Below are positions 27,986 to 39,800 of a stretch of 64,000 bases of DNA, in pieces. A model generated the notes under the pieces. It did not search any database, was not told where the DNA came from, and saw nothing but the letters and a program-made list of their open reading frames with translations. Made by a program: the position numbers and the translations under genes. Every line of letters starts with the position of its first letter. Position 1 is the stretch's first letter. This DNA comes from Bacteroidia bacterium (GTDB lineage Bacteria; Bacteroidota; Bacteroidia; NS11-12g; UBA9320): positions 32,001 through 96,000 of the forward strand of contig CBDCFW010000003.1 of assembly GCA_965216465.1 (NCBI GenBank). Reading direction: 5' to 3'.

Positions 27986-28862
27986 CCGATTTTATTTCCA
28001 AAGGCTTTTTCTTTACCGGCTCTGGAGCGGTAGTCGGTTCAGGTTTCTTGTCCGAAATTTGATCACTCGGAGCTGGACTGGTATCTCGATATCTTGTATT
28101 TCTAGGTTCAGGAGATGTGGTTTCAGCATTAATCGGACGATTGTAATGCTTGAACAACTCAAATCGTACACCTAAATTTATCAAAAGAATGTCGGTCTTT
28201 ACAGTTGAGTAGTTGTAATACACTTCATTGCCTCCGGTAGACTGTGTAACATCTTTTAAAGGCTGTGCCGCACCAATATCACCAAAGGTGTAGGTCACAC
28301 TGCTCTCTAATGAAACATTGTCGCTCATTCTGTAAGAGAGACCAACACTGCCACCATAATGCATGCGTTGCGTATGAACGATTCGGTTATCGTACGTGAC
28401 ACTCTCTAAGTCAGGATTTAATTCTGGATTATTAGCGGTCAATGTATTGTTCGTTGAATAATTGCGATGCCCAAACAACAAACTCGCATATGGAATTACT
28501 TTTCTATCTAAGCCAAAATTCACCCTTCCTTCTAAGAACAAACCGTACATGTTGTTATGAACTTTTAGCGTGCCATCATCCGGAACAGGCGTGGCCAGTG
28601 CAACGTCAAAAGACTTTGATTGCATATTGGCAAAGTCCATGCGAACACCCAATTGAAAGTTATTTTGTGATTTGTAGGGGAATCTTCGCGATAAATAGGA
28701 CAGGTTAAGTCCAATTCCCTCGTCATATTCAATGTCTTTTAACTCGCTTTGTGGACACGCAGCATGTAAGCCAATGCCCAAATTTCCACGATTAACGGAG
28801 GTTTGTGCATACGAAACGGTGGTTAATCCGCTGATGCACAGTGCAAGTAGTAACTTCTTCAT
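27954..28862 (-). CDS. Outer-membrane beta-barrel protein with Pro/charged C-terminal tail
   Basis: Signal peptide; alternating beta strands ending INLGVRF; low-complexity tail. Confidence 0.7.
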   Translation of the reverse strand: MKKLLLALCISGLTTVSYAQTSVNRGNLGIGLHAACPQSELKDIEYDEGIGLNLSYLSRRFPYKSQNNFQLGVRMDFANMQSKSFDVALATPVPDDGTLKVHNNMYGLFLEGRVNFGLDRKVIPYASLLFGHRNYSTNNTLTANNPELNPDLESVTYDNRIVHTQRMHYGGSVGLSYRMSDNVSLESSVTYTFGDIGAAQPLKDVTQSTGGNEVYYNYSTVKTDILLINLGVRFELFKHYNRPINAETTSPEPRNTRYRDTSPAPSDQISDKKPEPTTAPEPVKKKPLEIKSDGPKKGGVDH

Positions 28863-28890
28863 ATTCCTAAGATATTCAAATATAATACCA

Positions 28891-29217
28891 CTATTTCAAT
28901 TTGGGGTTGGATTGATGCCTATCTGCATCGCGAACTGACTTTTTCTTGAGGTTGTCCAACAACGATTGTTGAAGGTCAATTTCGCATTGATTGGCAAGGC
29001 AGAGCAGAACAAAAAGCACATCAGCCATCTCATCACCTAAGTCAACAGCTTTGTCTGATTCTTTGTACGACTGCTCACCATATTTACGCGACATGATTCG
29101 CGCTACTTCACCAACTTCCTCCATTAAAATGGCGGTGTTGGTTAGCTCGTTAAAATACCTAACGCCGGTGGTGTTAATCCACTGATCGACGGTGACTTGT
29201 GCCTCTGAAATTGTCAT
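28891..29217 (-). CDS. MazG-like nucleotide pyrophosphohydrolase (YpjD-like)
   Basis: LMEEVGEVAR, DEMADVLFVL. Confidence 0.9.
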   Translation of the reverse strand: MTISEAQVTVDQWINTTGVRYFNELTNTAILMEEVGEVARIMSRKYGEQSYKESDKAVDLGDEMADVLFVLLCLANQCEIDLQQSLLDNLKKKSVRDADRHQSNPKLK

Positions 29218-29274
29218 AGGCAAATATCGAAATATAATTGAAAATTGGCATTACGAGAGTGGATAAACCCCCTT

Positions 29275-29318
29275 ATTAACCCGAGCATTAACTCGAGCAT
29301 TAACCCGAGCATTAACCC
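29275..29318. repeat. 12-bp tandem repeat (ATTAACCCGAGC, about 3.7 copies)
   Basis: Units start at 29275, 29287 (one C>T), 29299 and 29311 (partial, runs into C8). Confidence 0.9.
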
Positions 29319-29323
29319 CCCCC

Positions 29324-31764
29324 TTAGAAGCTCCAGGTGTTTTTGTTTTGGTTATACGGCTCAATTGAGAATTTGAAACCACTTCTAAAGCCTTGGTTGG
29401 TTGATTGAGATACTACGTAGTATATACCCAATCGCAGTCTTTCTTTACCAATCTTGAAAATACGATTCACGCCACCAAACAGTTCACCGTATTGGTAGTT
29501 GCGTTCTGGAACCCAAAGGTAGCCACCGCCTGCCATGGTTTTGATTTCCAACTGTTTAATGCCAGGAATCTTACTGGTTATAAATCCATTGAACTGATGC
29601 ACATAATGCGATTCTAAGAATCCACTAAAAACAGGGAAGGTGCTGTCTATCAGCTGATATCCAAACATAGGAGGGAGGAAGAAGTAAGGATCTCCTCCGC
29701 GTTGGTATCGGTAATCCATTACCCGCAAGAGCGAGGTATCTAAAAAGTTCCATAGGTAACGTTGTATTCCGACGTCCCCATAATTCCTACATTAAACAGC
29801 TGACGCACAGATAATTCTAGTCTCGAGTACTTGGTGCTTGAACCTCCAACTCCTGGAATAGCCTGCTTGTACAGCAACCCAAAGGTTGGATACTTACTTC
29901 CAATTACAATCTTTTCTTTTGGCTCTTGAATGTAAAGCTGTTTAGGGGTGTAGGTAATGCCTAAAGTACCTTCAAACGTGGAGTGGTCATCAAAAAGCGT
30001 AGGTTTATTGTCTAAAAAGAAAGAATCTCCCGAAGGTGCAAATTCAAAGTCTCCTAAGTCTCTTCGTTGCAGGTATTGACCTCCTGTTGTAAGGTAAAAG
30101 CCATTAAACAACTCGGTGGTATGATAGAGGTATACATGAGATTGTTCAAAGAAGTTACTGCGGCGAAAAACATCAGCAAACGTTGCAAAATTATTTACAA
30201 AGTCGAAGTATCGGCCTGCGTTGAACCTGATGTATGATAGCTTTTTGGGATTGTACTTGTAGTTGACACTCAGGTTTCCTTTAATGTCACCGTTCCGGAA
30301 TCCATAGTTTAAAAATGGCGACACGTTAATGGTTCGCCTCGTGCTGTCGAACTTCTTGAAGTAGTTAAACGAGTAACGCACCCGCCATCCACCTATGGCT
30401 AAAGGATCTATTAACGAAACTGCTGGATTAAAATCCCAGTTAACTTTTTTGTCGCGATTGATATATCCAAAACCGGTCCATAAAAGTTTTAATGGGGTAA
30501 TACGGTTGGCAATTGAGTCAATAGAGTCTAAGTAATGCTCAGATGTAATAATGCGGTATATACTGTCCTTATATTCAATAAACTCACGCTCTTTATCTGT
30601 TAAAGGTACAGGTCGAATTTCAGCCCAAAACGAAGTGTCTTTTTCGTAGGCATCTTCTTTGGTAACGCCAATTTCAGCATTGAAAAACTTCTTAGAATAG
30701 GTAGAGTCAAACACATAATTATCGTATTTGGCAATGCAGTTTCCGATAGCAGTGCTTTTTCCTGTCTTTATTTTCCAATCAAACTCTTGATGCTCTAAAA
30801 CCCATTTTGACTGTTCGAACATATACTCTTGTTTGATGTTGAATTTGTCGTAAACAATCAATGAATTCTTACTCACCGATAGGTCAACACTCTTAAGGAT
30901 AAATAGGCTGTCCCATACTTCAATGGTTCCACTAAACAAAGCATTTCCAAGCTTTCGGGGGCTAACTTTTATGGTATAGACCTTTAGCTCGTTTTCGTAA
31001 CGAGACCCTAAAAGTTTGAATTTGTAGCCCATTATAGCATTGTTGCTCAAGGGTGAGATGTAAGAATTGTCTCCCAAGTCGCGCACAACAATTAGATTTT
31101 GAAGAAAATCAAAATCAACCGTAGTCGTGGTTCGCATGAACAAACTGCGTTGGTTTCCAAGCTTTTTTGCGGCAATTTTTTCCTCCTTGATTTTATTCGG
31201 CATGCTGCGATGTTGCACAAAGTCAGCTTCAAACAGATTTAAGTTTGGTACGCTATCATTCGCAAATGGGTCTTCGTCTTCGTCTTTGTCTTTTTTTGGT
31301 TTGTCGGTTTTAACAACAATGTTTTCTTCTACACTCTTAACATAAATATCGCACTTCTGGGTTTGAAATTGATTCCGATATTTTTCCTTGTTTTCGATTA
31401 CCTTTTTTAAAATTTCATAAGAATAATCGCGGCGTTTATTCGAAACCTCAACGGCTTCAATCTCCTCATCTTTAGGCACTAAGGTTACGTTGAGGACTGT
31501 TTTTTTGGTGAAGACCTGTTCGATAGTCTTGGTTTCGTACCCAACATAAGTGAAATGAAGCCTGTTTAATCCTTCAGGTAATAGCAACTCGTATTGACCT
31601 TTGTCGTTCGTAACCGCACCGCCGCCTGTGTTTTGAACTCGAATAATGGCTCCTATAATGGGTTCTCCTGCTTGATCAACTACATATCCTTGAACAAGGT
31701 GCACATCTTGTGCTTGGATGGCAAGTGAGCAAAAAATCAGCAGTATAGTAAACAGTTTCTTCAA
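29324..31764 (-). CDS. DUF5686 / carboxypeptidase-regulatory-like outer-membrane protein, split by a 1-nt frameshift
   Basis: N-terminal G.V.D..GEPIIGA...TN..G.Y domain, YISPLS, DTSFW..IRPVPLT; the two ORFs join if the A5 run at 29742-29746 is A6. Confidence 0.8.
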
Positions 31765-31929
31765 GTTAATATGATTCTAACGACCAGTTAGATAATATGT
31801 TACAATGGTAAAGGCAAAATGGATAATTTTTTAACTATTTCGATAAAATGAGATGTTATCCAGTTGTTGGTGAATTGTGGTCCAAAAAATAAATGACCAA
31901 TCCAACTAAAAGCTACATTTGCAAGCTGA

Positions 31930-33432
31930 ATGAAGAAGGTAATTCTGTTGATTTTAGACGGCTGGGGAATTGGTAAAAATGACCATTCCGATGCCATATT
32001 CAATGCAAACACTCCATTTATGGATGGTTTAAGCCAAACAACACCTCATGGCACTTTAAAGACGTTTGGAGAGAATGTGGGCTTGCCAGAGGGCCAAATG
32101 GGAAATTCTGAAGTTGGCCACATGAATATTGGAGCTGGACGTGTTGTTTGGCAAATGCTGGTTCGAGTAAATCGAGCTTTTAAGGATGGAAGTGTAACGC
32201 AAAACAAGCAATTTCAGAATATCATTAGCTTAGCAAAAGAAAATACAAACAGAAATATTCATTTCATGGGATTGGTTTCGGATGGTGGAGTTCACAGCAG
32301 CATGGATCATTTAATTTCACTGTGTGGATTGATGAAAGATGCAGGTTTGGACGATAGAACTTATATCCACGCGTTTACAGATGGTAGAGATACAGACCCC
32401 AAAAGTGGTTTAGGATACCTAAGTACCGTAGTAGATTCTCCAGAATTTGGTAACTCTACCTTAGCCAGCGTTTGCGGACGTTATTATGCAATGGATAGAG
32501 ACAAGCGTTGGGAGAGAACTAAGCTCGCTTACGATCTAATAGTAAATGGTGCGGGCGAACGATTTGATGACATGAAAACTGCTGTTCAAGCGAGTTACGA
32601 TGCTGGTGTTACCGATGAATTCATAAAGCCAATATTGCTAAATGATACTTCAATTAAGGATGATGACATTGTGCTTTGCTTCAATTTTAGAACAGATAGA
32701 GGAAGGCAGATTTCGACAGTACTTACACAAGAAACCATGCATGAATTTAACATGCATACCTTAAACCTGAACTATTTCACCATGACAGAGTACGACAAAA
32801 CCTATCAGGGTGTAAATGTATTATTCGAGAATCAAGACCTGAGTAATACATTGGGTGAAGTTTTGGCTTCTAAAGGATTAAAACAGTTGCGGGCAGCTGA
32901 AACAGAAAAGTATCCTCATGTTACTTTCTTCTTTAATGGTGGGAGAGAGGAAGCCTTTGAAGGTGAAGACCGTGTTATGGAAAATTCACCAAAGGTGGCT
33001 ACCTACGATTTACAGCCCGAGATGAGTGCTATTCCTCTTACCAATAAATTGGTCGATAAAATTGAATCGAATGCTTACGATTTTATGTGTATCAACTATG
33101 CTAATCCAGATATGGTTGGACATACCGGGGTATTTGAAGCCATTGTAAAGGCTTGTGAGACGGTTGACACTTGTACACAACGTTTGGTAAAGGCTGGCCA
33201 GGATAATGGCTATAGCATGATTATAATTGCCGATCACGGTAACGCTGATAAGGCGATTAATGAAGATGGCTCACCGCATACAGCACATACCACCAACTTG
33301 GTTCCTTGCTATATTCTAGATAAGGATGTGTCGGATGTTAAAGAAGGTAAGCTTGCAGATATTGCACCTACGGTCTTGTCGTTGATGGATATTGCTCAAC
33401 CAGAAGATATGGACGGCTCTTCATTGATATAA
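31930..33432 (+). CDS. gpmI: 2,3-BPG-independent phosphoglycerate mutase
   Basis: LILDGWG, QMGNSEVGH, DGGVHS, AETEKYPHVTFF, NPDMVGHTG, ADHGN. Confidence 0.97.
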   Translation: MKKVILLILDGWGIGKNDHSDAIFNANTPFMDGLSQTTPHGTLKTFGENVGLPEGQMGNSEVGHMNIGAGRVVWQMLVRVNRAFKDGSVTQNKQFQNIISLAKENTNRNIHFMGLVSDGGVHSSMDHLISLCGLMKDAGLDDRTYIHAFTDGRDTDPKSGLGYLSTVVDSPEFGNSTLASVCGRYYAMDRDKRWERTKLAYDLIVNGAGERFDDMKTAVQASYDAGVTDEFIKPILLNDTSIKDDDIVLCFNFRTDRGRQISTVLTQETMHEFNMHTLNLNYFTMTEYDKTYQGVNVLFENQDLSNTLGEVLASKGLKQLRAAETEKYPHVTFFFNGGREEAFEGEDRVMENSPKVATYDLQPEMSAIPLTNKLVDKIESNAYDFMCINYANPDMVGHTGVFEAIVKACETVDTCTQRLVKAGQDNGYSMIIIADHGNADKAINEDGSPHTAHTTNLVPCYILDKDVSDVKEGKLADIAPTVLSLMDIAQPEDMDGSSLI

Positions 33433-33462
33433 AAAAGAAAGCCTGCACGAAGTACAGGCTTT
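33431..33462. terminator. Likely bidirectional terminator between gpmI and T9SS paralog A
   Basis: AAAGCCTG...CAGGCTTT stem between convergent genes. Confidence 0.75.
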
Positions 33463-33485
33463 AGACAACTAATTAATCGAAAAAC

Positions 33486-36400
33486 TCATTTTACAATCTT
33501 AATAACCTTTTCTTGTCCGTTGTAATCAACCTTCAAGAAGTAAAGACCGCTTGGAAGTTGACTTAGGTTATTAATATTGATCATTGCTAATTCGTTTCTT
33601 TTATTTCCTTCTGTAACAATTATCTCAGTACCTTGAACATCAAGGATTGAAATCTTGTATTCTCCAATTCCATTGATAAGTACATTAACGTAGTCGTTTA
33701 CCAAAGTAGGGAAAGCTGTAATGTCGTTAAGTTGATCGTTTTTAAGTGATACGATTTCAGAGTATGAAGACGCTCCATCAAAATCATGTTGTTTCACACG
33801 GTAGAAGATGAAGGACGTTTTAAGCTCTTTCACATTCGCATCGACGTAGGCATAATTATTGACTTCTTCGCTATGACCACTTGCACTGACGACGGCTATA
33901 GGTTCAAACTGTTCGTTTATTCCCATTCGTTCCAATTCGAAGTGAGAGGCATTAACCTCAGAGAATGTAGACCATTCAACAAGTCCGTCGCGCTCTGTAA
34001 GCCATGAAGCCTGAATTGATCTCCAGCTTACAGGAAGATAAGGTTGTCCTGATGTAGTATGGAAACCAAAGTCATTTCCACCATCGTACGAACCTCCTTG
34101 AACAAATGAAGCACTTTCTGTCATGTACTGACTTGTGGTCGTATAGAAGGTGTCAAATGCCGTTCCTGCAATTACGGGACGCATTAAGAAGTCTCCAATA
34201 CTATCGGTTACAAATACATACAATCCTGTGGTAGGTTGAGAGTAAGTGCTGTCGATAATGCGGTCTGCAGAGGTAATTATACCATCTCCATCAACATCGC
34301 GATAGAGGTATACCTTAAATCCACCGTGTGCACTGTCAATCTCTCGGTTATACGATCCAGACACATCATCGTCATAGAAAACTACACCTGAAATAACATT
34401 GGTTAAAGGACCAGTTAAACAATCGCAAGCTTCTAAATCTGTTGCACCACCTGTTTCGCTAGTTAATGTAGCAATTTCAGTTCCAACTCCTGTATTTCTA
34501 TCGATTTGATAAATGGTGTTGTCTGAGTAAGTATTTGTACCTGATACACCTGTTGTACCATACAATTCTCCGGTATTGTAATATCCCATACCTTCAAAGT
34601 CACCCACTCCAATAAATGATAGCACTTCTGCACTACCGGTAGCAGGGTCAATGGTAATGTATCTTGCACTGTCACCATTTCCTCTGTTATTTACAGCTAA
34701 AAGCTGACCAGAATATGGGTTGAAGGCAATATCATCAACGTCAACCATCACTCTGGTACCAATGATTTTCACAAAATCTATACCTGCACCAAAGAAATCA
34801 GGCTGATAAGATCCAGTTCCTCGGTTAATTACAAAAAGTAGGTCTGGAGCTCCATTTCTACGCTCAACACCGTATAAAATTCCATTAATTGGGTCAAATG
34901 CCATTCCATCTACATCATTTAACGTCTCTGTAGATATTGTTCCACCACTTAAAATACCTGAGGCAGTACCCATACCTGTACCAATTTCGGTGAATTCTCC
35001 AGTTAGTAAATCAACTGAACCGAACTGACCTTCGTCACAAGCCCATAAACTGTCCATTCCAATTTTAAGTGCCATGGCTTCAATCAGATCGCGTCCATAA
35101 ACCTGACCTGCAAATTGACTTTTCCCGCTGATTCTATTTACCAGATAGTATTCATCCTGGTTGCCTTGGTCGTCGGCTATTACAACACATAAGCTACGAG
35201 GACCCAACATTCCAAAATCTGCAACTATGGTGTCAGTACCTGCTGATAATGTGAAGTTTAGCACCGTATCTGTGGTGAAAGTTGTACTGGCATCCAAATC
35301 TTCAGTAGAAAGTTTGACTACCAAATTGGTAACACTGTCTTTATCATCTAAAAAGTAGGAGTAGTTTGCTAATGCATCGGTTAGGCTAGAATTTAGCAAT
35401 TCGTCAGCAGTATACACTCCATCATTATTTGCATCGTTAAAAATCTCTATTTCTACGGCTCCGGATCCATACGAATCGTAAGCATCTTTTACGCTATTTG
35501 CATCCATGTCCATGAATACATTACCACTAACATATCTTCCTCGCAATCCAACAAGCTCTAAGTTGAAACCAAGGTCATTATTGGATGCACCAACATTGTG
35601 GATCTCAACGGCTATAACATTGGTGCCAGTTACCAACTCGTCAACAGGTAAGATAAAACGTTCGTAATCACCTTCGTCGTCACCTTCTGCCATGTGTAAG
35701 GCGTAGGTACTGTAATCCCAAGTAGAAGGCATTCCTACTTCGAGTATTTGTACACCGTTTAAATAAATAACAGCTCCATCGTCAGCTAACAGATCTAGCT
35801 GAAGGGCTGTATAAGTACTATCCGAAACATCAAAAGTTTGTCTGAAATAAGTTGTAGGGTATCGATTGTTCGAAGCACTACCATAGTCTATAGTCGTTGT
35901 TATGGATGCTCCATCAATTGTACCGTAACCAAAAATTCTTTCACCCGTAAGCCAGTTCGAATCGTTATACGATGTGCCATACCAAGAGGTGCCCAAGTTT
36001 GCCCCTGAATCGTGGTATTGCCATTCGCTAATACTCGTTATCAGGTGATCAGACAAGTCGAGAGCTGTTACTTCAAGGTCTAAGGCGATGTCTTGATTGT
36101 GTACATAGAAATTGTGCAATTCAACCGCAAACGTGTTTACGCCTTCAATTAAAAAGGTGTCGAGAATGTGAAATGCTGTGTAATTTCCTTCCTCAGCTCC
36201 ATCTACATTTACTGTAGCCTCTGTAAGATAGGTAATTGTTCCTGTAGGCATATTGTACCGAAAGGCTTCTTTACCGTTAATGTACACAACAGCACCGTCG
36301 TCGCACAAAAGATTGAGCTCTAAATGAGAGTTGTTGAGGCTGCCTAGTGTTACCTCTTTTCTGTAATACGTCGTAAGTTTACGGGTAACTGGTGTTGATT

Positions 36401-36626
36401 GTGTTGCTCCAATAATTCCACCTTTCCCAAAGATTCCTTGATCGACTTCCCATGACGAAACGTCAAATCCGGAGTCAATCCATGAAGTGCCTTGATCAGA
36501 CCCATCGTCGAGATAGGTCCACATGTCCTCCTTATCAATGAGGGTTGTTTGAGCAATAAGGTCGTTGGTTAGCATTCCTAATAGGATTAGAAATAACCCG
36601 CCAACAATGTTAGCTGTATTCTTCAT
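33486..36626 (-). CDS. Large T9SS type A cargo protein, paralog A (2 jelly-roll domains, SdrD-B-like domains, beta-propeller)
   Basis: Signal peptide; two W.Y.D.G...G..W...DDGAV.Y.NG repeats; SG.VF.D repeats; DGMAFDP/DDIAFNP blades; LPVSW...CTD. Confidence 0.85.
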   Translation of the reverse strand: MKNTANIVGGLFLILLGMLTNDLIAQTTLIDKEDMWTYLDDGSDQGTSWIDSGFDVSSWEVDQGIFGKGGIIGATQSTPVTRKLTTYYRKEVTLGSLNNSHLELNLLCDDGAVVYINGKEAFRYNMPTGTITYLTEATVNVDGAEEGNYTAFHILDTFLIEGVNTFAVELHNFYVHNQDIALDLEVTALDLSDHLITSISEWQYHDSGANLGTSWYGTSYNDSNWLTGERIFGYGTIDGASITTTIDYGSASNNRYPTTYFRQTFDVSDSTYTALQLDLLADDGAVIYLNGVQILEVGMPSTWDYSTYALHMAEGDDEGDYERFILPVDELVTGTNVIAVEIHNVGASNNDLGFNLELVGLRGRYVSGNVFMDMDANSVKDAYDSYGSGAVEIEIFNDANNDGVYTADELLNSSLTDALANYSYFLDDKDSVTNLVVKLSTEDLDASTTFTTDTVLNFTLSAGTDTIVADFGMLGPRSLCVVIADDQGNQDEYYLVNRISGKSQFAGQVYGRDLIEAMALKIGMDSLWACDEGQFGSVDLLTGEFTEIGTGMGTASGILSGGTISTETLNDVDGMAFDPINGILYGVERRNGAPDLLFVINRGTGSYQPDFFGAGIDFVKIIGTRVMVDVDDIAFNPYSGQLLAVNNRGNGDSARYITIDPATGSAEVLSFIGVGDFEGMGYYNTGELYGTTGVSGTNTYSDNTIYQIDRNTGVGTEIATLTSETGGATDLEACDCLTGPLTNVISGVVFYDDDVSGSYNREIDSAHGGFKVYLYRDVDGDGIITSADRIIDSTYSQPTTGLYVFVTDSIGDFLMRPVIAGTAFDTFYTTTSQYMTESASFVQGGSYDGGNDFGFHTTSGQPYLPVSWRSIQASWLTERDGLVEWSTFSEVNASHFELERMGINEQFEPIAVVSASGHSEEVNNYAYVDANVKELKTSFIFYRVKQHDFDGASSYSEIVSLKNDQLNDITAFPTLVNDYVNVLINGIGEYKISILDVQGTEIIVTEGNKRNELAMININNLSQLPSGLYFLKVDYNGQEKVIKIVK

Positions 36627-36680
36627 CTAGTCATAAATTAATCGAGTAGTGCACGCACCACTCTAATGGTTAGTTATGAA

Positions 36681-36688
36681 CAAAAGTA
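36681..36688 (-). promoter_or_regulatory. Bacteroidota sigma-A -7 element (TACTTTTG) for paralog A
   Basis: Matches TAnnTTTG, 54 nt upstream of the ATG. Confidence 0.6.
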
Positions 36689-36817
36689 CAAAATACAATC
36701 GAGAAAAATGTCGCTAGGTAATATTAATTTATTGTAAAACCAAATCTGGAATTAATATTTTCATTTTTGGAATTTATAAATCGTTGAATTTCTGAAACTA
36801 AGATGTGAAAAAAAATC

Positions 36818-36850
36818 AAAAAAAAAGGCCGGGTTACTACTCCCGGCCTT
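36818..36850 (-). terminator. Intrinsic terminator after paralog B
   Basis: GGCCGGG/CCCGGCC stem with U9 tail on the minus strand. Confidence 0.88.
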
Positions 36851-36868
36851 ATATGACTTATGGCTTCT

Positions 36869-39800
36869 TTATTTGATAATTCGAATTATATGATCTTCAT
36901 CATCGAGTCGCAGTCGAATGAGGTACATTCCGTCGCGAAGTTGGGTTAGTCCATTAAGTCTCAGGGGGGTAAGTATACTATCTTTCGTGCCTGAAGTATG
37001 AATGACTTCGGCTCCGTGCAGGTTAAGAACGGTTAGTTCATAGTAACCTGTAGCATTAATATTTATGTTTATGTGGTCATCTACCGGATTTGGGTAGGCA
37101 GAAACAACCGTTTCATTTTCTTTGTTCAATACAGCAATCTCAGAATAACTAAATTGTCCATCGTAATCAAACTGCTTAATTCTATAGAATAGGGTAGGAG
37201 CAGTTAAATCAACTGCGGTATAATCTAAAATAGCATAGTTCGAAACGTCGTTTGAATTACCAGCGGCTTGAACAGTCGCAATTTTTTCGAACTCTCCCAA
37301 TTCTGTTTTACGCTCTACCTCAAAGTAGTCTGAGTTTACTTCTGAAGCGGTTGACCAAGAAACCTTTGCGGTTTTTTCGTCAATCCATTCTGCTTCAATT
37401 TCTAACCATTCAACCGGTAAGTAAGGTTGACCCGCATTAATGTGGAATCCAAAGTCATTTCTTCCATCAAATAAACCATGAAACTCAAATTCTGCATCTT
37501 CAGTAAGCAATGAATCTGTGGTTGTATTCATGTTCTGGAATACAGTTCCAGGTACAGATGGATGTGTTAAGAAAAATCCTAAAGAGTCGGTTATAAATAC
37601 ATAAAACCCTGTTCCAGCTGCGGTATATGTACTGTCTATGATATAGTCACCAGAATCGATGATTCCATTCTCATTGGCATCACGATAAAGATATACAAGT
37701 ATGTTACTATAAGCACTGTCTATGGCTCTACTGTAAGACCCAGAAGAGTCGTTGTCGTAAAACACCACACCCGAAATTAAGTTCTCTGTAGGACCGGTTA
37801 AACAGTCGCAAGCCTCCACGTCGATTGCACCCGAATAAAGCGAATCTAATCGTGTTCCAGCTCCAGTGTTTCTATCAATTTGATAAATTGTGTTATCGTG
37901 ATACCCCGCAGCATCTACAATACCTGTTGTACCATATAACTCTCCAGTATTATAGTAACCTAGTCCTTCAAAGTCACCTACACCAACATATGAAAGAACG
38001 GTAGCTGTTCCTGTAGCTGGATCAATAGAAATATAACGTGTACTATCCCCGTTTCCTTGGCCGTTAATACCCAATAATTGGCCAGTATATGGATTAAATG
38101 CGATATCGTCCACATCTACTTTTACACGAGTACCAATAATCTTTACAAAGTCCTCATTTGTACCAAAGTGATCAGCAATAAAGGTTCCTGCTCCTCGGTC
38201 AATAGCAAAAAGTAAATCTGGTGCACTAGTTCTTCTATGTACACCATAAAGAATGTCGTTAATTGGATCGTAAGCCATACCATCCACATCGTTTAAGTCT
38301 GCAGTACCTATTGAACCACCACTTAAGACTCCCTGGGCAGTACCAATACCGGTTCCAATCGAGGTGAATTCACCCGTCATAATGTCTACAGAACCAAATT
38401 GTCCTTCATCGCAGGCCCACATAGAGTCCATTCCAATTCGAATGGCCAGGGTTTCGATTAAGTCTCTTCCAGCTATTTCAGCAACAAATTGGTTCTTACC
38501 AGATATTCTGTTTGCGATATAATATTCGTCGATATTGTTTTGGTCATCGGCAATTAACAAACATAAACTTCTTGGTCCAAGTTGTCCGAAACATGCTTGA
38601 ACAGAATCCATATTATTTGGGTTCAGGCTAAATGAGTAGGTAGTGTCGGTGGTGAAATCAACACGACTATCCATATCTTCTGTCATTAGTTTAACCCCTA
38701 AGTGTTCAACTTCAATATCCACGATAAAAGAATAAGAACCATCAGGGTTGGTTAATATCGAATCAATACATTCACCCGCAGTATATATTCCATTTGAGTC
38801 TGCATCGTTATAGATTTTGATTTCAACAGCTCCTGAACCAAAAATGTCGTAAATTGATGTGTCAAGACCATCTCCATTCATATCAAGGAAAATGTTACCA
38901 TATAAAACTCTTCCCGTTTTTCCAATAACTTCTAGGTCAAATCCCAAGTCACTACTCGTTGCGTTAACTTGATGCATCTCAACAGCAAAAGTGTTAACCC
39001 CGTCAATCAAGAAAGTGTCAGGAATTGTATAAGCGTCGTAATCTCCTTCGTCAGCACCTGCCGCGGTAAAGTTTGCGTAGGTTAAGTAGTCCCATGTAGC
39101 AGGCATCCCCGCTGTAAAAGCCAGTTTACCGTTAATATATACTGCAGCACCGTCGTCAGCAACCAAATAGCAAGTTAGCTCTGAAAAGCTCGGATTGCTT
39201 AAAGTAACTTCCTTTCTGAAGTAGGTGGTTGGATATTTATTTGAGCTGCTTGATCCCCAGCTTATAGTTGTCGAAATTGTGTTTCCATCAATGGTACCAT
39301 AGCCCAATACGGCATCACCTGTGGCCCAAGAAGCATCGTTAAATCCTGAATCAACCCATGATGTACCTTGATCGGTTCCATCGTCGAGGTAACTCCATTC
39401 GCCGCCTCTAAACATGACATAGTTGCTTGAGTCAACCGCTTCATAGGCAGTAACTTCAAGATCAAATCCAAGGTCTGAACTACCTGAGCTTTGGTTATGC
39501 AATTCAACGGCGATAGTATTTACTCCGTCAATTAAAAACGTATCTGTAATAGTATATACAGTATAGTCTCCTTCATCACTTCCACCAACTGCCGAAGATG
39601 CGGTAGTGGTGTACGTAACGGTGCCTGAAGGCATATTGTAACGATAAGCTTCTTTACCATTAATGTAAATAACTGCACCGTCATCGCAAAGAAGATTTAA
39701 GTCTAACGTACCATTTGAATGGCCTGTAACTGTAACTTCCTTTCTAAAATAAGTTGTAATTTCTTTTACAATGGTTGTGCTGATAGAAGCACCATTGATT

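Noticed and set aside
29275-29318. Possible CRISPR array
   Set aside because: Repeats are 12 bp and contiguous with no spacers; no cas genes in the window
36777-36790. Partial box (ATTCAACGATTTA, minus strand) upstream of paralog A
   Set aside because: Lacks the CTACA half and the fixed spacing to a -7 element; at most an IHF-like site
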